Of a DNA stretch of 64,000 bases, positions 42,320 through 51,539 are shown one piece after another. Every line of letters starts with the position of its first letter. Within the stretch, counting starts at the first letter, position 1. Under the pieces are notes generated by a model. It made no database searches. It was not told where the DNA came from and worked only from the letters and a program-made list of their open reading frames with translations. The DNA comes from Spirochaetia bacterium (GTDB taxonomy: Bacteria; Spirochaetota; Spirochaetia; CAKZLE01), in contig OY782041.1 of assembly GCA_963677595.1 (NCBI GenBank), positions 2,464,001 through 2,528,000 of the forward strand, given 5' to 3'. The translations under genes and the position numbers were made by a program.

Positions 42320-42322
42320 TCC

Positions 42323-42976
42323 ATGGAGTATCCAGAGATCCCCTATTTCGACGCCTCCGTGCGTGTGACCTTCCCCGACCCTGATCCCGATGATGAGTAC
42401 GGGATCGTCATGGTCGGGGGGAACCTCTCACCGGGGATGCTGCTCTCCGGCTATGAGCAGGGGGTCTTCCCCTGGTTCGAACCCCACCAGCCCATCCTCT
42501 GGTGGAACCCGCCGATGCGCTGCGTACTCTTCCCGGGGGAGCTCCATCTCTCCCGGTCCATGAGACGCTTCATACGAAACAATCCCTACACAGTGATGAA
42601 GGACACGGCCTTCGAGCAGGTGATCAGGGCCTGCAAGGAGATCCCCAGGGAGGGGCAGCGGGGTACCTGGATCACCGAGGACATGGTGGAAGCCTATATC
42701 GAGCTGCACCTGCTCGGCTATGCCCACTCCTATGAGGTCTGGGACGGGGAAGAGCTCGCAGGGGGACTCTACGGCATCGAGATGGAGCACTACTTCTGCG
42801 GGGAGTCCATGTTCTCGAGAAGGTCGAACACCTCGAAGCTCGCCCTTATGCATCTCTACGAGGAGACCATCGTGCAGCGGGGATTCTCCTTCATCGACTT
42901 CCAGGTCACCAACCCCCATTCAGAATCACTGGGGGCACGGGAGATCCCGAGAGAAGCGTACCTGGCCCTGCTCTAG
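42323..42976 (+). CDS. aat: Leucyl/phenylalanyl-tRNA-protein transferase
   Basis: GVFPW, TWI, AHSYEVW, GGLYG and FCGESMFS. Confidence 0.94.
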   Translation: MEYPEIPYFDASVRVTFPDPDPDDEYGIVMVGGNLSPGMLLSGYEQGVFPWFEPHQPILWWNPPMRCVLFPGELHLSRSMRRFIRNNPYTVMKDTAFEQVIRACKEIPREGQRGTWITEDMVEAYIELHLLGYAHSYEVWDGEELAGGLYGIEMEHYFCGESMFSRRSNTSKLALMHLYEETIVQRGFSFIDFQVTNPHSESLGAREIPREAYLALL

Positions 42977-42984
42977 TAGCTGAA
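42973..42984 (+). repeat. 12-bp direct repeat, left copy (CTAGTAGCTGAA)
   Basis: Identical to 45094-45105. Contains the aat stop codon. Confidence 0.8.
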
Positions 42985-43261
42985 AAACAGCACTGGTAAG
43001 GACTTGCCGCTTATCCTGACCCTGCTGAGGGGCAAGGGCAGTCGTTCCACAAAGCAAGCAGCCTCAATCTGGTAAGAAGGAAAACCCTAAAAAAGTCGAT
43101 CAGTATGATACAATAGCATGATGAGCTGTTGCATACCGGCAGAGAACATACGTAGATTTGGCATGCAGGACTAAAGATATCTGTTGGAATGGCAAGTATA
43201 TAGAGAATTGACGACGCTGTATAAATCATGTAGAGTTTAGAGTGTGAGATAAGGAGTTTTT

Positions 43262-44395
43262 ATGAGGCTTACAGCATATGAATATCATGGGAATGATGAT
43301 ATAGATTGGGATATCCCTCCCATTCCTTTGAAAAGGATAAATCTCATTGTAGGCGATTCTGGAGTTGGTAAAACCCGGTTCATCAACACTATCTCAAACT
43401 TATGCATACAAGTGATCACTGACAAATTACGATTCCCTGGAGAATGGGATATACACTTTGTTGTTCATCAAAAGACATATAATTGGAACTTGAAAGTCGT
43501 CTCAACAAATGACTCCTTTGAAGTTGAAAAGGACAATCTCTTTCAGATCACTCCTGAAGGTGAGAAGAAAGAGATAATCATACGAGACAGGAACAGATTC
43601 ATCTTTCTAGGAAAAGAGCTCCCAAAACTGGCTTACACAGGATCTAGTATCTCATTATTGAAAAATGAAGAGCTTATTGATGAGATCTTTATCGGTTTTC
43701 AAAAAGTACTCACCCGAAGGTTCTTCAATGCCGAATTGACTGAGAATTTCAATATAAGGCAGGTGCCAAAGAAGCAAATCGCAGAACTGAAGAAAAACAG
43801 GTCAGTCCAGGATCTGTTTGCATCAAATATTGGGTTCCATAGGAAAATAGCACTGTTAAAATCCTTTGATAACCAAAAATATGAACGACTCATCCAATTC
43901 TATACAGATAGTTTCCCTTTTATCAAACGATTCGAAGTCCTGAATATCACGCAGGCCTCTGGAGGTGATGTTGAAATACATATTGATAGTCCTGTGTTAT
44001 GTTTCTATGAGAACAATGTAGATAACCCGATCATTGTCAACGACATCTCCTCCGGGATGCAAAAACTGTTTCTATTGGGATTGGATATCATGCTCATGGA
44101 GGATGGGGGAATCCTGATCATAGATGAATATGAGAATTCACTGGGTATAAATGCCTTAGACAATCTACCGGATCTGATGCTGTTGTTGAATGAGAACAGT
44201 CAATTCATCCTGAGTAGTCATCACCCCTATATAATCAATACGATACCCATTGACAATTGGTTGGTATTTAACAGGTCTGGAACATCCTTGAAGATAAAAA
44301 CCGGAGATGAGATAAAAAAGAGGTACGGAAGGTCCAAACAAGAACAGTTCATCCAATTGATCAATGATCCTTTCTATAAAGAAGGTATTGAGTGA
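43262..44395 (+). CDS. ABC-type (AAA_21/OLD-like) ATPase
   Basis: Walker A GDSGVGKT, signature ISSGMQKL, Walker B ILIIDEYENSLG and H-loop SSHHPY. AT-rich coding sequence, with TTGACG-N17-TAGAGT at 43208-43236. Confidence 0.85.
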   Translation: MRLTAYEYHGNDDIDWDIPPIPLKRINLIVGDSGVGKTRFINTISNLCIQVITDKLRFPGEWDIHFVVHQKTYNWNLKVVSTNDSFEVEKDNLFQITPEGEKKEIIIRDRNRFIFLGKELPKLAYTGSSISLLKNEELIDEIFIGFQKVLTRRFFNAELTENFNIRQVPKKQIAELKKNRSVQDLFASNIGFHRKIALLKSFDNQKYERLIQFYTDSFPFIKRFEVLNITQASGGDVEIHIDSPVLCFYENNVDNPIIVNDISSGMQKLFLLGLDIMLMEDGGILIIDEYENSLGINALDNLPDLMLLLNENSQFILSSHHPYIINTIPIDNWLVFNRSGTSLKIKTGDEIKKRYGRSKQEQFIQLINDPFYKEGIE

Positions 44396-45060
44396 ATTAC
44401 CTGATCGTTGTTGAAGGAGCCAGTACAGAAACGAAGATATATCCGTATTGGATTAAGTTACTGAATCCAGAACTATCAGAAGTCGCGTATATCACCGATA
44501 TCACTGAGAACAACTTTTACATAGTTTCAGGACATGGATACCCCCAATATCTAGGAATAATCGATCATGCGATCGAAGATATGCAGAGTATGAGCCATAT
44601 TGACAAATTGGTGATCGCGGTCGATTCTGAAACTCTTTCTTACCAGGAAAAGTTTGATGAGATTGAGCGTTATATCAATGGCAGGGTGGCCCCTGCTCAT
44701 TATGCTATTATTATCCAGCATTGCTGCATTGAGTCGTGGACATTAGGGAATCGGCTCATAATCAAAAGGAATCCGCAAGACCGGGAACTGAGAGAGTTCA
44801 TCAGGTTTTATGATGTCACGGTGAATGACCCTGAGGAGATGGAATCCATTAATGAGGACGTATATAATAAGGCACAATTTGCATATGCGTACTTTAAGAA
44901 GTCATGTAATGATAGGTGGAAGAATCTCACATACACCAAAAGGAATCCACATGTTGTCCTGAATGAGAAGTTCTTCAAGCAGATGTGCAAGCGATTAGAA
45001 GAGACAGGACATATACAGAGTTTTAGGACCTTTCTTGATACATTCTCAGTTGCCTGTTGA
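44392..45060 (+). CDS. TOPRIM-like putative nuclease (RloB/DUF4276/AriB-like)
   Basis: IVVEG..TE, VDSE and IESW motifs. GTGA overlap with the ATPase. Confidence 0.6.
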   Translation: MNYLIVVEGASTETKIYPYWIKLLNPELSEVAYITDITENNFYIVSGHGYPQYLGIIDHAIEDMQSMSHIDKLVIAVDSETLSYQEKFDEIERYINGRVAPAHYAIIIQHCCIESWTLGNRLIIKRNPQDRELREFIRFYDVTVNDPEEMESINEDVYNKAQFAYAYFKKSCNDRWKNLTYTKRNPHVVLNEKFFKQMCKRLEETGHIQSFRTFLDTFSVAC

Positions 45061-45093
45061 GGCCACTGAATACCATGTAAAATCATAAAACAG

Positions 45094-45105
45094 CTAGTAG
45101 CTGAA
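45094..45105 (+). repeat. 12-bp direct repeat, right copy (CTAGTAGCTGAA)
   Basis: Equals the last four codons of the minus-strand nucleoside kinase gene. Confidence 0.8.
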
Positions 45106-46779
45106 CCTGCTCCCACCGATGAATTCCCTCAGTAGGGAGTTCTTCGGGACATGCTCCGGCGGGATCTGGTAGAAGTTCTCCAGGAAGGCCATCAGCCGCT
45201 GGGCCTCGGTATAGGCCGTGTCTGACGGCTTGATCGATTTCAGCAGCGGTTCTGCATAGATCTTCAGGACTGCCAGTTCATAGTCAAGGGCGGAGTTGAA
45301 CGCCTCGTCCGCGTTGTTCTGGTAGGGGAAGATGTAGTGCTTCTCCCCCCGGTGGACCGAGGGCCACATCCCGATGGTACTCCTGGCCGACATACCCCTG
45401 AACAGGTGGTCCCGGACGATGCGCCTGATCATCCGGTTGTCGGTGGTAGAGATCCTGTTGTGGTCATCAAGGTTGAGCTGGGTCAATGCCGAGATATAGA
45501 TCTGGTACTTGGCTTCACGGGGGATCGCCGGGGTGAGTCCCGGGTTCAGGCCGTGGATCCCCTCCATGATGATCAGGCTGTTCTCCTTGAGCTGCAGCTT
45601 CGTTCCCGTGGTACTGCGGGCATGGGAGATGAAGTCGAACTCGATGAGGTCGATGGCTTTCCCGGCGAAGAGGTCGAGCAGGTCCTCGTTGACCTTCTGG
45701 ACATCGATGGCCTCCAGCGCTTCCAGGTCAGGGTTCCCCTCTTCGTCCAGGGGAGCCTTCGATGGCGGGAGGTAGTAGTTGTCCAGCGAGATCTCGATCG
45801 GCTCGAACCCGAGGACCTTCAGCTGGATCCCGAGCTTCTTGGTGAAGGTCGTCTTCCCCGAGGACGAGGGCCCTGCGATCAGGACCGTCTTCACCGTCCC
45901 CTTCCGAGAAGCGATGTTCTCGGCGATCCTGGAGATCTTCTTGTTCTGGTATGCCTCGGAGATCTGGATGAACTCAGGGGCCTTCCGGTCATCGCAGAGC
46001 CTGTTGAGCTGCCCGACGCAGTTGACGTTCACGATCGAGCCCCACTTCTTGTGGTCCTGGTAGACCCGGAAGAGGACAGGGTTGTCATCGAAGTCGCTGA
46101 GCTTCCGGAAGTCCTTCTCCCTCGGGTACCGCAGCAGCAGGCCGCTGCCGCCGTAGGCATTCACCTCGAACCGGTCTGCAAGACGGGTGTTCGGGATGAG
46201 CGGTTCATAGGCGAGGTCGAGGAAGCCGTCACACTCATAGAGCTGGATCTTCGGGTCGTTCTGGTAGGAGAGCAGCAGCGCGGTATCGCTGATACCCTTG
46301 GACTCGAAGAATTCCAGAGCCTCCCCGTAGGAGAAGAGAAGGTGCTGCACCGGGTAGCGGGCATGCTGGATCCTCCGCATCTCAGCCTCGATCAGTCCGG
46401 CTGTCTCTGCAGTGACCGGGAGCTCATCATCGAAGTTGAAGTAGTAGCCGTCCCCAAGGGAGTGGCCGATGACGAGCCTGCGATCCGGGATCACCCGTGA
46501 TGCGGCCATGGCCATGAAATAGCAGATCGAGTGACGGTAGATCCGCTTCCCGTAGTGGCTGAAGAGTCGGACAGGGGTGATGACCGCCGGGGTCTCGACC
46601 GGGGAGGCGAGGGACTGGAGGGAGTTGTTCACCAGGACACCGACGACCGGGTCGTCGTCATACTCCATCCGTTCGAGGTTGGGGTCTACGTGCCGTTTCA
46701 GCAGCGTCGAGATCCTGGTCCCGAAGGCCGCGACCACCTCGGTCCCGTTCGGCAGCTTGACGGTGACATCTCGCATCAT
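45094..46779 (-). CDS. Uridine/nucleoside kinase fused to a ThrRS-like N-terminal (TGS/editing-like) region
   Basis: N-terminal IYRHS..., GHSLGDGYYF. C-terminal IAGPSSSGKTT, EGIHGLN and RRIVRD. SD GGGAGG before ATG 46779. Confidence 0.85.
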   Translation of the reverse strand: MMRDVTVKLPNGTEVVAAFGTRISTLLKRHVDPNLERMEYDDDPVVGVLVNNSLQSLASPVETPAVITPVRLFSHYGKRIYRHSICYFMAMAASRVIPDRRLVIGHSLGDGYYFNFDDELPVTAETAGLIEAEMRRIQHARYPVQHLLFSYGEALEFFESKGISDTALLLSYQNDPKIQLYECDGFLDLAYEPLIPNTRLADRFEVNAYGGSGLLLRYPREKDFRKLSDFDDNPVLFRVYQDHKKWGSIVNVNCVGQLNRLCDDRKAPEFIQISEAYQNKKISRIAENIASRKGTVKTVLIAGPSSSGKTTFTKKLGIQLKVLGFEPIEISLDNYYLPPSKAPLDEEGNPDLEALEAIDVQKVNEDLLDLFAGKAIDLIEFDFISHARSTTGTKLQLKENSLIIMEGIHGLNPGLTPAIPREAKYQIYISALTQLNLDDHNRISTTDNRMIRRIVRDHLFRGMSARSTIGMWPSVHRGEKHYIFPYQNNADEAFNSALDYELAVLKIYAEPLLKSIKPSDTAYTEAQRLMAFLENFYQIPPEHVPKNSLLREFIGGSRFSY

Positions 46780-47066
46780 AATCGTTCGTACCTCCCTGGT
46801 ACCATGCCTCGGTTTGACCTGCATGGTGTATCGTAAGTATACCAGATTTCTCCCGTATCGCGGGATGTTTTTAGCCTCGCACCAGCTCACTCAGGTTCCG
46901 CGGTGAGGCCTCAGGACGGGAGGCCCCCGTCAAACTGCGATGATTTCCGTAAAAAGGTTGGGAATAAACCTTTACTAGACAGGCATCTTCCTGTACTATA
47001 CCGGATACAGCCTTCTGTGTATGGCCATGAGCCATGGGCTGAATCTTGCAGTGGAGTGTGTACAGA

Positions 47067-47153
47067 ATGAAGAACATACTGATCCTAAACAATCTTATGG
47101 CAGTCGTCAGGGGAGCACAGGCCCTTTACGCAGCAGCGGCTTGCCGCTGTTAA
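47067..47153 (+). CDS. Putative leader peptide MKNILILNNLMAVVRGAQALYAAAACRC
   Basis: 28 codons, GGAG upstream, four consecutive Ala codons. Sits in the ~200-nt leader of the aminotransferase. Confidence 0.45.
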   Translation: MKNILILNNLMAVVRGAQALYAAAACRC

Positions 47154-47208
47154 CATCCTTTCAAACCACCAAACAAAAAAACCATAAGATCAGTACAGGA
47201 GGATTACT

Positions 47209-48411
47209 ATGCATCTGTCCAGACGTATAGAAGCTTTTGAGGCTTCACCAATAAGAAGATTACGCCCCTACGCCGACAAGGCAAAAGCTGAAGGCAAGAA
47301 AGTATACCATCTCAATATCGGGCAGCCCGATATCCTGACCCCGAGGGAACTCGTCGATGCAGTCAGGAACATCGACCTCGACGTGCTTGCCTACGGGCCG
47401 TCTGACGGGCTTGACGAGTACCGCGAGGCACTCCCCGCATATTACCGGCGCCACGGGATAGACCTGCAGCCTGAGAACATCATGGTCACCACGGGAGGGA
47501 GCGAGGCGATCCTCTTCACCTTCATGACCCTATGCGACCCCGGCGACGAGATCATCATCCCTGAACCCTTCTATACTAACTTCGGTGGGTTCGCACGGAT
47601 GGCCGGGATCACCCTGGTCCCGATCACTGCGGACCTGGAGAAGGGCTTCAAGCTCCCTTCGGTCTCCTCCTTTGCCGAGAAGGTCACCGACAGGACGCGG
47701 GCGGTCATGATCTGCAACCCAGGAAACCCTACCGGCCATGTCTATACCGAAGAAGACCTCTCACAGCTCGCTGACCTCGTCAGGGAGCATGATCTCTATC
47801 TCATAGCGGATGAGGTCTACCGTGAGTTCGTCTATGACGGTGCGAAGCATACGAGCGTCCTCTCGATCGAGGGGATCGAGGACCGGACCGTCATGGTCGA
47901 CAGTATCTCGAAACGCTACAGCGCCTGCGGGGCGAGGATCGGGTTCCTCATCTCACGCAACCTCGACATCCTGGCCTCAGCCCTCAAGCTCGGTCAGTCG
48001 CGGCTCTGCCCTCCCCATGTGGAGCAGGTAGCGGCCCTGGCGGCGATCAGGACCCCACAGTCCTATATGGATGAGGTCCTCAAGGAGTACCAGAAACGCC
48101 GTGATATCGTGTCGAACGCCTTGGAAGGGATTCCGGGTGTCCTGCACAGCCATCCCCATGGTGCCTTCTACATCATCGCGAGACTGCCGGTACCCAGCGC
48201 CGAGGATTTCGCCATCTTCCTCCTCGAGGAGTTCGACGTGAACGGGGAGACCGTCATGTTCGCCCCGGCATCAGGCTTCTATGCTACCGAGGGGCTGGGC
48301 CTCCAGGAGATCAGGATCGCCTATGTCCTCAACGAGCACGACCTGAAAGCCTCCATGAACATCCTCAAAGAGGGGTTGGCTGCATACCAGAAGAAGCTGG
48401 CCGGCCAGTAG
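47209..48411 (+). CDS. PLP-dependent class I/II aminotransferase (AspC/AlaA-like)
   Basis: LNIGQPD, NPGNPTG, ADEVY and PLP-lysine motif SISKRYSACGARIG. Confidence 0.92.
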   Translation: MHLSRRIEAFEASPIRRLRPYADKAKAEGKKVYHLNIGQPDILTPRELVDAVRNIDLDVLAYGPSDGLDEYREALPAYYRRHGIDLQPENIMVTTGGSEAILFTFMTLCDPGDEIIIPEPFYTNFGGFARMAGITLVPITADLEKGFKLPSVSSFAEKVTDRTRAVMICNPGNPTGHVYTEEDLSQLADLVREHDLYLIADEVYREFVYDGAKHTSVLSIEGIEDRTVMVDSISKRYSACGARIGFLISRNLDILASALKLGQSRLCPPHVEQVAALAAIRTPQSYMDEVLKEYQKRRDIVSNALEGIPGVLHSHPHGAFYIIARLPVPSAEDFAIFLLEEFDVNGETVMFAPASGFYATEGLGLQEIRIAYVLNEHDLKASMNILKEGLAAYQKKLAGQ

Positions 48412-48555
48412 TACCTCAACCACCGGCACCGCTGAGAGATCAGTGGTGCCCAAGTTCCCTCAGACATTCACCGCATGCCCATCTGCGGCATCTGGACCGT
48501 ACTCGGTTTTCGTGACATACTCTCCCGTAGTATAGCGAACAACAGAGAGGTATAT

Positions 48556-49866
48556 ATGAGACTGCGACCGGACCGACCCTTCAATCCTGCATCCTTCCCC
48601 GTCTACTACGGCTGGATCCTGCTGCCCATCGCGGTGATGGGGGTGTTGATGAGCATGCCCGGCCAGACTGCCGGGTTCAGTGCCTTCACCGAATCGATCC
48701 TGGCCTTCACCGGGTTCACCAGGACGCAGCTCTCCCTCTACTATATGATCGGGACCATCTCGAGCGGGTTCATCCTCCCCCTGATGGGGAAGCTGCTGGA
48801 CCGCTGGGGCAGCAGGAACATGATCATCTTCGCATCCGTCATGCTGGGGATCACGCTCTTCTGGCTCAGCTGGATGGACCGGATCGCCTCCCTCTTCCCC
48901 ATGGTCTCCTCCGGGGTCACCTACACGATCCTGATGGTCATCGGGATCTTCTGTCTCCGGTTCTTCGGGCAGGGACTGCTCCCGATGTCCTCGAACACCA
49001 TGGTCGGGAAATGGTTCGACCGCAAGAGGGGCAGGGCTGTGGCCATCATGGGGGTAGTCAACACCTTAGCCTTCTCAGCTACCCCTGCCGTGATGGCAGC
49101 CCTGGTCTCCGCTCTTGCCTGGAATGGGGCGTGGAGACTGCTTGCCGGCATCACGGGGATCGGGATGGCCCTGATCGGCTGGGCCTTCTTCCGGGATACT
49201 CCTGAGGCCTGTGGGCTGCAGGTCGATGGGGAGACCCTGGAACACCTGGATGGTGAGAACAAGAAGGCTGAGATCACCGGTGCGACCGTCTCTGATGCCA
49301 TACGCTTCAGGACCTTCTGGGCGATCATGCTCGTGCTTGGTACCGGTTCCCTGGTGATCACCGGCATCACCTTCCATATCCAGGCGATCGGGGTGCAGGC
49401 AGGGATGACGCTGCAGAAGGCTGTGGCTATCTTCATCCCGGTATCCTTCATCGCGATCCCGGTCAGTTTCATCTCAGCCATGCTTACCGAGCGGATCCAT
49501 GTGCGCATCCTGGTCTCCCTGATGGCCTTCAGCCAGCTGCTGGCATACCTCTCGATCTCCATGCTCCATACGAGCTACGGGTACATCCTGACGATCATCG
49601 GCTTAGGCTTCTCGAACGGTCTCACGGGAACGATACAGACGGCGGTGGTCGCCAAGATCTTCGGGAGGAAGTACCTCGGGAGCATCAACGGGGTAGTGAT
49701 CTCGGTCATGGTCATCGGGAGTGCGATCGGCCCGGTCTTCATCTCCGCTGTCAATGATATCGTGGGCTCCCTCCGTACCGGGGTGACCATCATGGGGATC
49801 CTCCCGGTGATCAGCCTGATCCTCTCCTACAAGATGCCCGAGCACATCGATCATGCATCCGCATGA
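48556..49866 (+). CDS. MFS transporter
   Basis: About 12 TM segments, motif A GKLLDRWGSR and WFDRKRGRA. Confidence 0.88.
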   Translation: MRLRPDRPFNPASFPVYYGWILLPIAVMGVLMSMPGQTAGFSAFTESILAFTGFTRTQLSLYYMIGTISSGFILPLMGKLLDRWGSRNMIIFASVMLGITLFWLSWMDRIASLFPMVSSGVTYTILMVIGIFCLRFFGQGLLPMSSNTMVGKWFDRKRGRAVAIMGVVNTLAFSATPAVMAALVSALAWNGAWRLLAGITGIGMALIGWAFFRDTPEACGLQVDGETLEHLDGENKKAEITGATVSDAIRFRTFWAIMLVLGTGSLVITGITFHIQAIGVQAGMTLQKAVAIFIPVSFIAIPVSFISAMLTERIHVRILVSLMAFSQLLAYLSISMLHTSYGYILTIIGLGFSNGLTGTIQTAVVAKIFGRKYLGSINGVVISVMVIGSAIGPVFISAVNDIVGSLRTGVTIMGILPVISLILSYKMPEHIDHASA

Positions 49867-50696
49867 TAACTGCTCCGGGTGAACGGGGAGGCCATGACCC
49901 AGTCGAACCCGAGCTCATGGGCCGTGCGGTCCCACCACTCGAACTTCTCCGGCGTCACATACTCCTGGACCTCCAGTGAGTCCTTGTCAGGCCTGAGGTA
50001 CTGCCCCATCGCGACCCTCGTGCAGCCTGAGGCACGCAGGTCCTTCAGCACCGCTATGACCTCTTCCTCGGTCTCCCCGAGACCGAGCATGATCGATGAC
50101 TTGACCGGGGTGCCCGGGAATCGTTCAGAAGCAAGCTTCAGCAGGTTCAGGGAACGCTCATAGACCCCTCCCGGCCTGGCAGTCCGGTAGAGGCTCGGGA
50201 CCGTCTCGATGTTATGGCTGAAGACGAAGGGCAGGGCAGGTGCGAGGAGTTCCAGTGACTCCGCCTGGGAATCCCTGAAGTCGGGGGTGAGGATCTCGAA
50301 CCGCATCCCGGGGTCCTGTTCCCTGCAGGCTGCCATGACGTCCCTGAACTGGGCAGCTCCCCCGTCGGGGAGGTCGTCCCGGTCCACACTGGTGATGACC
50401 AGGTAGGTGATGCCAAGCTCCTGCGTCATCTGTGCCACCCGTGACGGCTCGGTCGGGTCCGGCGGTTCCGGTCTCCCGTGCCCCACGGCGCAGAACGGGC
50501 AGTTCCGCGTGCAGATGTTCCCCAGGATGAGTACCGTAGCAGTCCCCCGCGACCAGCACTCCCCCTTGTTCGGGCATCTGGCATTGGTACAGATGGTCTG
50601 GATCCCATGTTCCTGGAGGATCTCGTCGGTGGTCATGAACGACCGGTTATACTGCATCTTCTTCCTGATCCATTCAGGCAGACGTTTGGATGCCAT
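49851..50696 (-). CDS. lipA: Lipoyl synthase
   Basis: CTNARCPNKGEC, CTRNCPFC, TSVDRDDL and RSSY. Confidence 0.95.
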   Translation of the reverse strand: MASKRLPEWIRKKMQYNRSFMTTDEILQEHGIQTICTNARCPNKGECWSRGTATVLILGNICTRNCPFCAVGHGRPEPPDPTEPSRVAQMTQELGITYLVITSVDRDDLPDGGAAQFRDVMAACREQDPGMRFEILTPDFRDSQAESLELLAPALPFVFSHNIETVPSLYRTARPGGVYERSLNLLKLASERFPGTPVKSSIMLGLGETEEEVIAVLKDLRASGCTRVAMGQYLRPDKDSLEVQEYVTPEKFEWWDRTAHELGFDWVMASPFTRSSYHADA

Positions 50697-50698
50697 AC

Positions 50699-51406
50699 TC
50701 AACTCCTTATAAGTGGGTTCTCTTCGAGGAACCGGATGCAGCACGCTTCGATGAACTGCTTGTTCTCGTCCATGGTGTCCCTTCGGGTACCCTGCTGCTC
50801 CATGCTGGTCATCTCGACCCCCTCGAGACCGCAGGGGACGATCGACCGGAAGAGACTCAGGTCGTTCGCGATGTTCATGGCGATGCCGTGCATCGTCACA
50901 CCCTTGACGATCTGCACCCCGACCGATGCGAGCTTGCGCTCCCCGACCCAGACCCCAGGGAGGCGGTTGCGCCGGTGAGCCTCGAACCCGTAGCGGTCAG
51001 CCAGCTGTATACAGAGGTCCTCGAGGAACCGTATATAGGGTACGACCCGGATCCTGCGGGATGGGATCTTCATGATCGGGTAGACCACCAGCTGCCCCGG
51101 GTTATGGGCGGTCACCCCGCCTCCCCGGTTGATCTGCACGATCTCGACACCCTGTGCCTTCAGGGTCTCCTCCTCGACGAGGAGACGGTTCTTCTCCTTC
51201 CGTATCCCCAGCGTCAGGACCGGGGGGTGCTCCAGAAGGAGGATCGTATCAGGGATACGATCCTCTATCCTGAGCTTCTGCAGTTCTGTTTGCAGTTCCA
51301 GTGCCGGTACATAGGGGATGAGGCCCAAGTCAACGCACACATAGTCCTGGCCCTTAGACTCCAGCAGGAGGTCTATCAGGCTCTCTGAATCTTGGTAGAT
51401 GATCAT
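50699..51406 (-). CDS. lipB: Octanoyltransferase LipB
   Basis: LEHPPV.TLG, RGGGVTAHNPGQ, KLASVG and IVPCG. Confidence 0.93.
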   Translation of the reverse strand: MIIYQDSESLIDLLLESKGQDYVCVDLGLIPYVPALELQTELQKLRIEDRIPDTILLLEHPPVLTLGIRKEKNRLLVEEETLKAQGVEIVQINRGGGVTAHNPGQLVVYPIMKIPSRRIRVVPYIRFLEDLCIQLADRYGFEAHRRNRLPGVWVGERKLASVGVQIVKGVTMHGIAMNIANDLSLFRSIVPCGLEGVEMTSMEQQGTRRDTMDENKQFIEACCIRFLEENPLIRS

Positions 51407-51539
51407 GCCCTATTCTGACACCGTTCTTGCCTGTTGTCAATTTAGAAAGTAAATACATAGATTAGCGAGTAAATACTAACTAAACTATTGTTTTTCAAGA
51501 CGACCGCACCTATACTGGTGGAGAGGGAAAGGAGTGAAG

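Noticed and set aside
42985-45093. Integron cassette interpretation of the ATPase-TOPRIM insert
   Set aside because: No attC-like RYYYAAC...GTTRRRY hairpin or integrase was seen.
45337-46500. 387-aa plus-strand ORF and many similar overlapping ORFs in the track
   Set aside because: Entirely antisense or alternate-frame to well-supported genes, with no motifs. Expected in GC-rich DNA.
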